Below are positions 12,062-25,205 of a stretch of DNA of 64,000 bases, in pieces; the first letter of the stretch is position 1; each line of letters begins with the position of its first letter. Location of the stretch: positions 15,128,001 through 15,192,000 of the forward strand of contig NC_043001.1 in NCBI RefSeq assembly GCF_006345805.1, in the 5' to 3' direction. Below the pieces are notes generated by a model that saw only the letters and a list, made by a program, of their open reading frames with translations, made no database searches and was not told where the DNA came from. The translations under genes were made by a program, and so were the position numbers. The DNA comes from Octopus sinensis (taxonomy: Eukaryota).

Positions 12062-12428
12062 CACGAGCAGAAGTAGTGGGGGAGTATCATAGCCATGTGT
12101 TGAGAGGGATTCTTTGGGGGTTTGGATAATTCATCTCTGGAAACATGGGTGTTTTGTTCAACATCCTTCAACAACCCTTATTCAGGGACCTTTTGGAGCG
12201 GGATGGGTTACTCAACCAGACGAAAATTCTAACTGGGCCCCACCTGCAAGGTCATGTGCTGTTTGTCTTGATATGAGATCACCATGTCGCGCACACATGG
12301 TTGTGATGCATGTGCCTGGTGTACCGTTATCAGACGGGTAATCATGATGGGTATACTGGGCTTCGTATATTTTACCCCAGTGTCACTTTGATGGCATGCA
12401 CTGCTTTCTCACTCAATAATAATAATAA
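12062..12428 (+). mobile_element. Probable non-LTR element 3' end with (AAT)n tail, family unassigned
   Basis: Higher-GC, CpG-retaining block ending in caataataataataa. Confidence 0.4.
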
Positions 12429-12432
12429 TAAT

Positions 12433-12635
12433 CCTTTCTACTATAGGTACAAGGCATAAAATTTGTGGGGAGGGGTCTAGTCGATTACATCAACCCCAGT
12501 ACTTGACTGATACTTAATTTATTGACCCCAAAAAGATGAAAGCCAAAGTCAACCGTGGCAGAATTTGAACTCAGAACACAGCAATGGGCAAGATGCTGCT
12601 AAGCATTTCTCCCAGAATGTTAACAATTCTGTCAG
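12433..12635 (-). mobile_element. SINE family B copy
   Basis: Reverse of the family B core. Confidence 0.8.
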
Positions 12636-12645
12636 TTCACTGCTT

Positions 12646-12646
<1 letters not shown>

Positions 12647-12697
<51 letters not shown>
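12647..12697. repeat. (AAT)n microsatellite
   Basis: Direct inspection. Confidence 0.95.
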
Positions 12698-12704
<7 letters not shown>

Positions 12705-13341
12705 TATAGATTTATCTTCTTTATTAAATGGGGAGTATTTTTTTAACAGATTTATACACTATTATTTCAAGCCAGTGAGAGAGCATCTAGTGGTTGTTTG
12801 ACCTACAAGAAATAGCAGCCATGTCTCCTTCAAACATTACACACTACTGTGTTAAAAAATAAAAAAAAATACATGATGTACAGTGTATTCCTCGATATAC
12901 AAAAAGGTAGGTTAGTCAGCCAGTCATAGCTGTAACAGCTTTGATGATATGTCTTCATGATCAGGGTTGGCTCGGGGCTAAGCAGTGACAGCATATAATT
13001 TATTGGCTTGCTTTTTAATAGTTCTTAACAACTTCTTTGAGATTGCTTCTGGGAGGAGAACATTGTGAGATCAGGTTCTAACATGGAGGTTTTCAGTTTT
13101 AATTGGGCTTCCTGGTGTTCATTTGTCATATGCATTTCCCAATAAATTCTGGATATGTGTCAAGACCTCTCTCAATACTACACTACCCTTGGTGGAGGGG
13201 ATCCTGTCTTATGAGTTACTTGGTGAGCACACTGGTACCAGTGCCACACAAAAACCACTCAGTACACTTTGTAATGTGGTTAGTGTTAAGAATGGCATCC
13301 AACCATAGAAACCATGCCAAAGCAGCAAAGGCAGCAAGCAG

Positions 13342-13545
13342 GCAGAAACGTTAGCCCACCGGGCGAAATGTTTAGCACTACGTTCTGAGTTCAAATTCCA
13401 CTGAGGTTGACTTTGTCTTTCATCCTTTCGAGGTCGATTAAGTAAGTACCAGTTATGCACTGGGGTCACTATAATCGACTTAATCCGTTTGTCTGTTCTT
13501 GTTTGTCCCCTTTGTGTGTAGCCCCTTGTGGGCAGTAAAGAAATA
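13342..13545 (+). mobile_element. SINE family B copy
   Basis: ggcagaaacgttagc...gttctgagttcaaattcc...gtagtaaagaaata. Confidence 0.85.
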
Positions 13546-14160
13546 GAAACCATACCAAAGCAGACAATGGAGCTTGGCACAGTCCTCTGGCTCACCAACT
13601 CCAGTCAAACCGTTCAACCCATGCCAGCATGGAAAACAGATACTAAACGATGGTGGTGATGAATAAGAAGGAGCGTTGACACGACTAGATTGTAGAAAAG
13701 CACAAAATCAGTTGGCATGCTTGCTTGTGAAGGTAAGAGTATTCTTCCACCTTTTTCCAAATTCTAATTGGATCTTCTACCAAAGATGTTAAGATATTTA
13801 CTTTGGACAACTTCACCAGCTCTATTTGTAACTTTTCTGGTGCCTTTGATACAAGAACTAAGTGAGGTTGTAAAGCTAGTTTTAGGGTGTGATATCATGC
13901 TTTTCAAAATCATTAAATCTTCCATTGTATCCCTCAATTAATGCGTCCAAAGCTAATAAGTATTTTACAAAATATCCACAGGTGTACTATTCAGGAAATA
14001 TTTTTGTGAAATGGGGAAAGTGTTCTTTTGGTTGCTTCAAATGAAGAAGAAGCGATTTAAAAGACAACTTCTTTCTAAATGCCAGAATATTTTACCACAT
14101 ATCATATACAGATTTATAATAAGCTTGCAACAAAATATTTAAACCGTTTTGTTTTATAAT

Positions 14161-14353
14161 TACTGTATTTTAAAGTGAATAAGGAACTCTTGTGTATAAG
14201 GAACCCCTTAATTTTTTTTTTTTTTTGCTTAAAATCTGGAAAAAAGTTTTGTAAGGGATTATAATACTATCCGTGTATAAGAAACTCCCATATTTTTTAA
14301 ACCTAATTTTTAATTAAAAAAAAAGGGTTCCTTATACACGTTAAAATATGGTA
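14161..14353. mobile_element. Tc1/pogo-type MITE
   Basis: Imperfect ~27-bp TIRs ta-ctgtattttaaagtgaataaggaac / gttccttatacacgttaaaatatgg-ta with TA at both ends. Confidence 0.65.
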
Positions 14354-14600
14354 TATCACATAAATGCAATATTCTGAATAAAGATTAATATTTGATAATG
14401 AACAATGTAAAATGTTTCCTGAAAAAAGCAATTGTTTCCATTTACAAAGATAAAAGTTTGGACTAATACTTGTACTTGTGATAACCAGAACATCTTTGAA
14501 TATTAGGGTAAATCTAATTATTTATCACAAACTCATGTTGAAATGGGCAATGCTTTGTAGTATTTGCTCAGATATGGGTCACAATGAGTTTTATATATTT

Positions 14601-14930
14601 TGTTTTAGTCACTGGACTATGGCCTTGCTGGAGCATCGCATTGAAGGTTTTAGCTAAACAAACCAATCCCAGTACTTAGTTTTAAGTTTGGCACTTAGTC
14701 CCTTTTACTGAATTGCTAAGTTACGGGGACATAAACAAACCAATCCCAGTTGTCAAGCAGTGCACGGAGGACAAACACACACACACAATGAGCTTCTTTC
14801 AGTTTCTGTCCACCAAATCCACCCACAAGGCTTTGGCTGGCCTGGGGTCCACAGAAGAAAACAGTTGCCTGAAGTACTGTGTAGTAGGACTGAACCTGGA
14901 ACCATGTGGTTGGGAAGCAAGCTTCTTACC
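14601..14930 (-). mobile_element. SINE family A copy
   Basis: Homology to the family A consensus seen in other copies. Confidence 0.75.
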
Positions 14931-14944
14931 CGCTCTGTTACACT

Positions 14945-15240
14945 GAGGACAGATTTAAGCTGTCAATCTGCATTAGTTCTTGAGAGAAGCACATCTTTTA
15001 TACTTGTTAACTTCAAGAATCTTACAGCTTCAACAATGCATTCCTTTACAAGCTCAGAATTGCTAAATGTCTTAGCTTTTCCCCAATAAAATATGCTTCT
15101 TTATAACTTGCCTTTATCAATGGTAACATTTCCTTCATGTAACACTGAATGGAATAATTGTCTTTGCTTTTGCTTTCCATCCATTAAATTCTTCAGTGTA
15201 ATTTAATGGATAGATTGCTCCTCTTATATGTATTATGCTT
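14945..15240 (-). mobile_element. hAT (Charlie/SPIN/GTF2IRD2-like) transposase relic
   Basis: Frameshifted translation IKASYKEAYFIGE-AKTFSNSELVKECIVEAVRFL..SLSRT resembles the hAT motif ASY.VA..IAK..KPF..GELVKECM...SLSR.T. Confidence 0.65.
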
Positions 15241-15290
15241 GTGAGTAGCATGGGGTTGGTGAACTTTGGCTTTTTATTGTTGAAACTATG

Positions 15291-15665
15291 AGGCATGGCC
15301 ATGTGGTAAGAAGTCTGCTTCCCAAACACATAGTTCTGGGTTCAGTCCCCGATGCGGCACCTACTATAGCCTCAGGTTGAGTAAAGCCTTGTGAGTGGAT
15401 TTGGTAGATGGAAACAATAAAAAGCCCATAATAATGTGTGTGTGTGTGTATGTGTGTGTGTCTCTTACCACTACTTCACAACTGGTGTTGGTGTGTTTAT
15501 GTCCTCATAACTTAGTGGTTCAGTAAAAGAAACTGATAGAATAAGTGGCATACTTAAAAAAAAAATACAAAAACTAAGTACTGGGGTCTTTTCATTCGAG
15601 TAAAAATTCTTTGGGGCAGTCCCTTAGCATAGCCACAGCCTGATGACAGAAACATGTAAGAAGAT
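15291..15665 (+). mobile_element. SINE family A copy
   Basis: tRNA-like head, internal (TG)n, gactgaaacaagtaaaag-like tail. Confidence 0.75.
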
Positions 15666-16107
15666 CGCAAACCATGTCATTTTACTGCTATTAACCCATT
15701 AGTACCCATTTAAAAAAAAAAATTATTACCAAAAATATTTTTTTATACAACTTTATCTGATACTAAATATATAAAAAAATTGAAAGACACTCCAATCTTG
15801 ATGACTAACTAACTAAAGATATCTCAGAAAAATACAGGTGTTGCAGAAATATGATGGATTATCCTTCTGGTCCTAAGAAAAAGGACCATGGGCACTGATG
15901 AGTTAAAACACCATAAAATATTGTAATTCTCATTTATCATAACAAACTATTCCTATAGCAATCTTTCCAATTTTTTGACCTGATGGAGAGCTTAATAAAA
16001 AAAAATTACTATAGGGACACTAATAAATGATTAATTGATAGTGACAACAAAACTCCAAAATAAAGTAATTTCCAATTTTAATATTTCACAGGCATTTTCT
16101 TTAATTG

Positions 16108-16143
<36 letters not shown>

Positions 16144-16234
16144 TGTTTCAGTCATTTTACTGTGGCCATGCTGGAGCACCACCTTTAGTCAAACAAGTCA
16201 ACCCCAGGACTTATTCTTTGTAAGCCTTAGTTGT

Positions 16235-16960
16235 CTCAGATGGGTGAGAGTAAGTAAAGCACATTTACTATAAGAAGTAGCCACTGTAGAACTGATGAAT
16301 TCTCAGCCAGTTACCAGGCTTAAATTAGAAAAGAGAGTTCAGAGATCAGATATTGTTGAGTGGCAGGAAGGGTTGAGATGGGCTGTCTTGTTTAGGTAGA
16401 GTTTAACCCTTTCATTACCAATCCAGCTGAAACCAGCTCTGGCTCTGTAGTACAAATGTCTTGTTTTCAAAAGTTTTGAATTAAAATCTTCCACCAAACC
16501 TTAGTCACAATTTATGTTTCTAACACTAGCTTAATGATAACTAAGTTATTTTACTAAATTCTTTATAATATTTAAAATTAATTGAAAGAAACACAGAGTA
16601 TCTCAAAATAAATACAGTAACAAGAGGGTTAAATAATATGAGGGAAGAGACAAAGCGATGGTAAAAATGTTGATTTTGGGTTATGAAAGAGGCATAAAAT
16701 AGCTGTAAAGTCAGTAGTTAAAGATATTGAGAGTTGAAGATACTAAGTGATGCAGATGGTTTAGTATAGCAAGTCCTCCACCAACAATGTTAGGGGAGTC
16801 TGAGAACCAAAAGGAGTTATGGGCATTGAAGTTACACAGGATGATGACTTCAGAGAGAGTAGAGATGAGAAAAATATCTTCAAAGTACAATGAGAAATAG
16901 TAAAACAATTGATGGTGGTTAGGTGAGTTCAGAGAATAAAACAAACAAATGAACCTATAT
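16235..16960 (-). mobile_element. CR1/L2/Jockey-group LINE APE endonuclease relic, interrupted by a MITE
   Basis: FYSLNSPNHHQLFYYFS...EVIILCNFNAHNSFW...LAILNHLHHLVSS resembles the EEP motifs (Y.SP...ILGDFNAH...LNNL.QLV). Confidence 0.75.
16407..16628 (-). mobile_element. TTAA-flanked MITE family 2 copy, inserted in a LINE relic
   Basis: ttaa-ccctttcattacc ... gtaacaagaggg-ttaa; reverse homolog of 2383-2604. Confidence 0.8.
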
Positions 16961-18534
16961 CGGACATTAACTATTCCAACATACCTAGTTATTTTCTAAA
17001 GTTTGAGGTCTCCCCTTTTGTGACAAACCCAAAATTTTAGAAAAGGAAAAATGGTAAACTAGCAAGATCCATGGTTTATTTGTCAGAAATCTTTGACAGA
17101 AACTAACTTATGTCACAGCTTAAAACTTAGATAATCTATATAGCAAATCAGCTGAAATGGGCTGTACTGAAAAACACTGTTCAAAATGATGGAAACCACC
17201 TTTTGTATGTCGAGGGAATCACTTTTGATGCCAATGTCAGAACTAAAAAAAATGAGAATTGGAATTCCGAAGTGAATTATCATGAAACTGTAGAATTGTA
17301 GAAAATATTGGCCAATATTAAGTACAGAAAGTTCAAAGTATAATAAATTATTTTGCCATAAGGAAAAAAAGAGAACTAATGTTTTGGGTCATGGTTGTAT
17401 ATATTTCTTCTCAATCCAATGATGGGGCCTGCCCAATATACTGAAAATTCTCTTTTATCTCACAACAATTCAATCTAATTTGAACCTGAAGTATTTTACA
17501 CCAAAACTAAACCAATAAATGTGAAGTATTTTTTTTTTATCACCTTCATAATCATCATTATTGTCACCATCCTTAACGTCCTTATTTTTTAAATGCCAAA
17601 ACAATATTTTTTTTAATGTTTCTTGCAGCCTGATAAAGGATGTGCTGTAAATGACTTTAGAAATTAGTGTGAAAGTAATTATTATGAAAAATATTTAAAA
17701 AAAAAAAAAAAAAAGAAGCAAGAAACAAAAACCCACTAATGAAATAATCCCTTTGAAGGAGAAAACATTTTCATGTCAATTATGTTTTACAAATACATGG
17801 GCAAAATATAAAATCAGCCACAGGGATTTGCAGTACAAGAAGGAAATTAGATTAACTAAAAATTCTAAAACAAAGCAGCAGATTTCTAACTTTAAAGTTT
17901 CAACTTTGACAAAAACAGAAGTTTTGCATGCTAAATCAAATAGTTTTATCCTATAAGAGTGACTGTAGGGAATTTAGTGGTGACCAAGCATAGCTTGTTT
18001 CAACATTTTGTCCCTTAGTCTTTCTAATAATGGAATAATGTAAAGCATACATTATACATAGTTAGTTTCAAATTACCTGAAGACAATATTTTAATGCAAA
18101 ACAGATGTAAGTTTAAAGATTGGCAGTGTTATAGATATTCTTTAAAAGTAGAAACCCCTTTCATATGTATGAGAGTGCATGTGGGTGAGTGTGTGTGTAT
18201 ATGGACGTGTGCAATAAAGATGGTTTAAATACTTTAAAAGATTAGAAGAGAGAGAGAGAGAGAAAAAAAAAACCCAAAATAAATTGAAGAATTTTGAAAT
18301 ATTGCACCGACTATTTTTATCAGCATTGTAGGCTGGAACTTCTGGGTTAATTCTGACAGTTTGTTCAAGTGCAATTTGTTTGAGGTCATGGCTTAGAAGA
18401 TGCAAATTAGTCGTCCTATCATTTTACTATGCAATATCTGACAAGTCAGATGGAAAATGGATTGAGGACAAATAATGGTTTCTGTAAAGAGATAACATTA
18501 GTGCTACAGACGGAACAGCTTTGCCCATTCTTTC

Positions 18535-18805
18535 ACACATACACACACACCTATGTGCACTCACTCACATATACAGACATACATGCACAAGCACATGTCT
18601 ATATACATACACACATGCATATGAATATATACATATGTACACATGTATATATGTGCACATGCGCATGTGTGTGTGTATATATATATAGACACACATATCT
18701 ACATATAAATACACATGCACACACATAGACACATATATACGTATGTATACTTATGTGCACACATATATATACATAAGTATAAAAACACACATATACATTG
18801 TATAT

Positions 18806-18838
<33 letters not shown>

Positions 18839-18970
18839 CATGCACACATATACATTGTATACATGCACACACACACAAGTATATATACACACGCACATAC
18901 ATTGTATGCACAAATACACCCACACCTATGTGTATACATATACATATTTATATATATATATAAACATATA
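18535..18970. repeat. Compound (CA/TA)n microsatellite
   Basis: Alternating purine-pyrimidine low-complexity tract. Confidence 0.95.
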
Positions 18971-19804
18971 TAGCATGGAAAACGGATGCTAAATGATGAT
19001 GATGATGATGATGATGATACATAAATATGATAATATATATATGTATGTTGTGTCGGCGTGGGCATAACAAGAAACTTCAATGTTTATCAAAACCCACATG
19101 CTGTAGTAGTAGTAGTAGTAGGAGGAGGAGGAGGGGGAGGAGGAGACACACTGTTCACTTTAAAAACATTGGTCCTTTTACATGAATGGCTTTTCGGTAG
19201 TACTGTTGACAATCGGAGGCCAGCAAATAAGAAACAACTGAATGCACAGGAGTCATTTTATTTTACCAGAAATAAAAGAAAAAGGAAACTCTACTTGAGC
19301 AAAGACATTAGAATCGAGGAATAATGATGTATCGCATTTCAGTCACCACCCTAGTATGTGGCATCAAGTGAGATTTTCCACTGATACAGTACACTACCTG
19401 CTTTACGTGGGTGGCATATTAAAACACATTACAGTGGTTGTAAACTAAAAACTTCAGTTGAAAATATTAAACATTCCAGCACTCACTCATACACACACAC
19501 ACACACACATGAACACATACACTCTCTCACACACACACATTTACATCTATTTTTCTTAAATGTGGTCATTCGCTCCTGTGCCTGATCTTAAATAATTTTT
19601 CAAATCATTAACAATTCGGTACAGGCGTGGTTGTGTACTAAGAAGTATCAGCTTCCCAACTGTGTGGTTCTATGTTCAATCTCACTGTGTGGAACGTTGG
19701 GCAAGTGTGTTTCTCCTATAGTCTCAGGCTGACTAAAACTTCGAGTGGATTTGGAAGCTGGAAACTGAAAGAAGCCCAGTGTGACCTTGTGTGTGCTGTT
19801 GGCG

Positions 19805-20450
19805 ATTTTTTTCCTTCTGTCTTCCCTTCTCTGGATATTTCCTTCTCATATGTTTCCGACGAAGAGCTCCGCTCGAAACGTTAAACCCTCCTTCTTTCCT
19901 GAGCGTCCAATAATACTATATTTGTTCCACGTCCTCGCGTTGTTGTGTTTTTTTTTGTGCTTTCTTGTTTGGATTAACTTTATATATACATATATATATA
20001 TATATATGATTAAAATTTACAGAAAAACAAAAGACGAAGACAGGTGTATAAACAACAAACAGGTGTATTTGTTTAACGCTTGAGAAGGTGAGAAAATCTT
20101 TTACGTTCTGAGGCTACGCTCTTCAACAGAAAGGAACACGAGGAAATAAACGGAGAGAGAATGAAAAATCTTTTGGAGCTAGCGGTCAATATATAGGTAA
20201 TGTTTGTAGCCATTTCAACATGGCTGTTCAGTTCGAGTGGAATTTACTACGATTTTGTAACCCCAGGAGGACATCCCCTCCAGCTGATTAACGATGCACA
20301 GCTGTATCTGATATTTTGCAAGCAGGGAATCGAATCCCTACCGCCTTCTAGTGATGGGACCAGCAGATCAGCTTGGTTTCAGGCTATTTCTGACTCTCTT
20401 CAGTACTGGACAGCTCGTCTACTAGAGATGGCAGTAGCTCACCTCTGCTC
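19805..20450. mobile_element. Two opposed Penelope-pLTR-like repeats flanking a (TA)n tract
   Basis: CpG-retaining segments on each side of (TA)n at 19980-20008, each with a hammerhead-like motif in opposite orientation. Confidence 0.5.
19852..19886 (+). ncRNA. Minimal type I hammerhead-ribozyme-like motif (PLE pLTR-type)
   Basis: gttt-CCGACGA-a-gagc-tcc-gctc-GAAAC-GTT-aaac: stems I and II intact, palindromic stem III (AC/GT), one core deviation (U4 to C). Confidence 0.55.
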
Positions 20451-21499
20451 ACAATATATATAAATTCATATGTGTGTGTGTGTGTGTGTGCTTGTTCTTC
20501 ATCACTGCTTGACAACTGGTGTTTGTTTGTTTACATCCCTGTGACTTAGTAGTTCGACAAATACCAGGCTCTTAAAAATAAAGTGCTGAGATCGATTTAT
20601 TCAATTAAAATTCTTCAAGGTGGTGCCCCAGCTTGGCCACAGTCTTATGACTGAAATAAATAAACGATAAAGATAATTCTTTTAAGACTATTCATAATTA
20701 CTTTTCACTCGACTCTGAACTATTGATATATCAATGCAATCTAATATTTTTGTTGTTTTTGTAAAATCTCAGAAAATAATTAAAAATTCACATTTTTTAT
20801 CAAATTATTTTGTTATCTGTTTGTGTGTGTTTGTTTGTGTGTAAGAGAGAGAGAGAGTGAGAGAGAGAGAAAGGGAGAGAAAGATAGGGAGAGAGATTCA
20901 GACTCATTTCACCATCATATGACCCCTTGCATTTATGATTTCAAGATGATGGTTTCGATTCCCAGACTGGGCAGTATGTTATGTTCTTGAGAAAAATATC
21001 CCATCTCATGTTGGAGTAACCCTGTAATACACTGGTGTCCCATTCAGGAATAATGTGGCCATCTCAGATACTTATATAACATAAAAACTGATCTATGAGT
21101 TGAGGAACTACTTACTCGGTCAATTGGTTGGTCGGTCACTCACTCACTCACAAACAAATGAGCCAAGAAGAAAACCACTACTTGGTCACTCAAAATGCTA
21201 GAAACAGCAGCTAAAGCTCCCTCAAACCACACCATTTCTTAAAAAAAGCGAAAGACTCATTGGGAAATGTGGTCCTATAAAACTCTTTGTAGTATGAAAT
21301 AGACACAAAGATGTCTGTGTATGGGTTTAGGCATGGCTGTGTGGCTAATCCCACTTGCTGCACCTTGGGCACATTGACTAAAACTTTATGAGCAGAATTT
21401 AGTAAATGGAAAATGTAGAGAAGCTAGTTGAGCATGTATGTATCTTTACATGTATGCATGTGTGTATGTATGCATGTGTGTGTGTGTGTGTGTGTGTGT

Positions 21500-21875
21500 A
21501 GGCACAACCGTGGCACTCTATTGGTTAGGACAGACAAAAGGTTCAGTTGATTCAATCAACGGAACAGTCTATTTGTGAAAGTAATGTGCAAGTGGCTGAG
21601 CACTCCACAGACACATGTACCCTTAACATAGTTCTTGTGAAAATTCAGCGTGACACAGAGTGTGACAAGGGCTGTCCCTCTGAAATAAGAAGAAAGAGTG
21701 AGAGAAAATTGTGAAGAATGCAGCAGGGTTCACCACCACACCCTGCCAGAGTCTCATGGAGCTTCGGGTGTTTTCGCTCAATAAGCATTCACAATGCCCA
21801 GTCTGGGGATTGAAACCATGATCCCAGGACCACGAGTCTGCTGGGCTAACCACTAGGCCAGTGTGCCTCCACGTA
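21500..21875 (-). mobile_element. tRNA-derived SINE family D
   Basis: Head tagtggttagc...ggtttcaatccccagactggg; 3' part shared with 56140-56330. Confidence 0.7.
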
Positions 21876-22039
21876 GGCACAGTACAGCCAAATGGTTAAG
21901 ACATTTTCACTTCACAACTTTTACTCCTGCTTTTTGTTCTTGGGGCACTAGAAACTGGCTGAAACTACATAAGCCATTGACTTCTACTTTTCATTGGGTA
22001 AACATTATCCAATTTCATTGGATAAACATTATATCAAAG

Positions 22040-22435
22040 GCAGCGAGCTGGCAGAATCATTAGCACGCCGGGTGAAATGCTTAGTGGTATTTAATCTGCT
22101 GCTATGTTCTGAGTTCAAATTCCGCCGAGGTCGACTTTGCCTTTCATCCTTTCAGGGTCAATTAAATAAGTACCAGTTACGCACTGGGGTCGATATAATC
22201 GACTTTATCCATTTCTCTGTCCTTGTTTGTCCTCTCTGTGTTTAGCCCCTTGTGGGTAGTAAAGAAATAGGTATTTTGCTGTTGCTATGTTCTGAGTTCA
22301 AATTCCGTTGAAGTTGATTTTACCTTTCATCCTTTTGGGGTCAATAAATTAAGTACCAGTAAAACACTGGGATCGATGTAATCAACTATCCCCCTCCCCC
22401 AAATTTCAGGCCTTGTGCCTATAGCAGAAAGGATT
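22040..22435 (+). mobile_element. SINE family B, tandem double body
   Basis: Head-body-tail followed directly by a headless second body. Confidence 0.85.
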
Positions 22436-23289
22436 ATATCAAAAGCTCTAGTAATTGCTTTGCTGATGCCTTATTCCAAATAATGTGAATTCTTTACGCT
22501 CCAGTGATTCTACTGATTTGATGAATATTCCTATTGATGAAGAATTACTATCACCAAAGAACTCTGTCATTTTCTTTCCAATTTCCTTTTGTTCCTCTGC
22601 CTGCCTCCATGAAGCATTTTATGAGGAACTGCTGCTGCTGCTCATGAGCAACCTTTTGCACTTGCTAAACATAGATTCTCAGTTTTTCCTGCTCTTCACA
22701 GCTTATCTCATACTGACTGTCGATTGACTGTAAAAAAGGCTATATAGTTGTAAATATAGCCAACACATCCATGTCTTCACACCCAACCTCAAACTCATGT
22801 ATACATACATAGACAAACTCAACACAAAAAGCTATTGTAGCTGAAAAAAAAAGACCAACTTTACAACTAAAAGTGACAGAAGAGTACTGACAGGATAAGC
22901 ACTAGACTTAAATAAGTACTTGGGTCAAACCCTTCTAGGCTATTCCCCTACATGGCAGCAGTTCAATGACTGAAACAAGAGATAAAAGATTATAAATCCA
23001 ATCCATGCCAGAATGGAACATGGGAGCTAAATGATGATGATGATGAAGAAATTTTTATGAAGATTCCCAATGTGAAGGACATACTTTTTCACTATTCACG
23101 CTACAATATTATTCCACTAATTGCCCTCTGCTGTCAAAAATGATGGATAATTGTAGTATTTTATATATAAATATAGATGGTAAATCAAATTAATACACTT
23201 GTCAATGTTATTGAGCGGTTGTCTTTTGAAATGTTTGTTACTAAAAGAACACTGGTTCACATATACAAACATTCACATACTTCCCTTTT

Positions 23290-23393
23290 ACATACACACA
23301 CATATACTCACACAGAGTTGAAATGCTGTTTGATTTTTCTTTTCAGCATTGGATGTTCACCATCCCACTTCCATTGCACACACACACACATAT

Positions 23394-23449
<56 letters not shown>

Positions 23450-23555
23450 TTGAAACACTGCCACTACCAGTTTGCCATCACCCCTTCCTTCCTTATTCAT
23501 CTATCACCCCTTCCTTTCTCATTCATATGTTGTGATGGAGAAAAACACAAGAGCA
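23290..23555 (+). repeat. Dispersed repeat with internal microsatellite; second copy at 57490-57770 (-)
   Basis: gagttgaaatgctgtttgattttt...catcccacttccattgcacacac...accagtttgccatcacccctt present at both loci. Confidence 0.75.
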
Positions 23556-23899
23556 TTATTATAGTAGAGGATGATTAATATCATCCAGATTTCACAAATT
23601 ACCTCAACATATTCTACTTCAGTTGATATCCCAAGTCAACTGATATTCCATCATTTAGGAATATCCGGCTGATCCAAAGCAAATGATTTGCTTCATTTTG
23701 CAATGTCAATGTTGACTGCAACACCTCCATTACACTACCTGTAACTGTAGGTAAATTCCAATACACAAACACCTCACTGCTTAAAGAAGTTTATTTGCAA
23801 TTGTTTATTGTCATTGTCAAAAAGAAATTACAACAAAGCAAGCTTGGTGTGTCTTGGCTGTAGATTTCTGTTTGTAAATTAAACACAAATATCCTTTTC

Positions 23900-24335
23900 T
23901 TATTTTGGCATAAGGCAACAATTTCGAGGAGTGGGGAAGTCAATTACATCAACCCCAGTACGCAACTGGTACTTAATTTATCGACCCTGAAAGGATGAAA
24001 GACAAAGTCAACCTTGGCAAAATTTGAACTCAGAATGTAAAGAAGCTGAAATGCTGCTATGCATTCAGTCTAGGATGCTAAAGATTCTGCCGGCTCATTA
24101 CCTTATATTCTTTTCTACTCTAGGCACAAGGCCTGAAATTTTTTTTTTGGGGGGGGGCAGTCGATTAGATCGACCCCACTGTGTAACTGGTACTTAATTT
24201 ATTAACCCCTGAAAGGATGAAAGGCAAAGTCGACCTTGGGAGAATTTCAACTCACAATGTAAAGACAGATGAAATACCGCTAAGCACTTCGCCCGGCATG
24301 CTAATGTCTCTGCCAGCTCACTGCCTTTCATTACC
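23900..24335 (-). mobile_element. Two tandem SINE family B copies
   Basis: Two successive reverse-orientation copies. Confidence 0.8.
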
Positions 24336-25205
24336 TTATATTAAACACAAACGTTAACTAACTCTACACGCAAGTTTTTATATTCTCTAATAGGACTCTG
24401 GAGAATAAACCGAACTACTAAATTCTTTTTTCTACTTTCTTCTGTTTATTTCCTTAGATTTTTTTCCCCATAATTTGTCTAAATTCATATAATTTTTTTA
24501 CTTTTATATACTTATATTTTATAATTTTTAAAATTCCTCATTTTTATTTTCTTAGTTTTAAACTTTTTTTTTTTAAATTCCACCTTTTGTTCTATATTCT
24601 ATGTTTTTATAAGTTCCTCTCCTGTATTTTGAAAATATTTCTTGTTTTCATTTAAAAAAAAAATTAACATCTTAAAGATAGTTTCAGATAAGAACATTGC
24701 ATATTTTTTTTATTGTGAACATTCAATTCTTAAATATATTCTTTTATACTATATATTTGTCAATTTCCTAGAGCAACTGTATAATAGGAAGTCTTACTTG
24801 GTCATTAACATTAGAGAATGTATGGTTGTGTATTCCACCATGTACTCTATGATGATCACAGGGAATAGTTAAAAATGAGCCCCACTCCTTTTCTGTAGAC
24901 TAATAGGTAAAAAAAATAGCAAAAATAATAATCTATTTCTTCTAACTTGGTAATGATTTTAATTTGAAATTGCATGATAAAATAAATACCACTAGCTCTG
25001 GGAAGAACTATTTTGCACATATAAAACACATCTGCACTTTATATTCACTAATTCATTTGTACAATTAATTTCACTGAAATAAAGACTAATGAAGTGATTA
25101 CTGTTCAATGAAATACAAGTCTCTTCCAGTTCATGACATGACAAATATAGCCTCAGTTATTTCCAGCTTGATTCTTGCTAATGTAAACCACGCCGTATGC
25201 CTATG

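Noticed and set aside
18429-19080. Cluster of ORFs in several frames
   Set aside because: Microsatellite artefact.
22441-22735. Coding exon (Gln/Ser-rich minus-strand frames)
   Set aside because: Stops in all frames after the candidate acceptor; no match to recalled HSF2BP or other proteins.
23598-23735. Upstream HSF2BP exon (contains LLW)
   Set aside because: In-frame stop before the donor, and surrounding residues do not fit the QAEYC..MGAA.CTLLW.VS motif.
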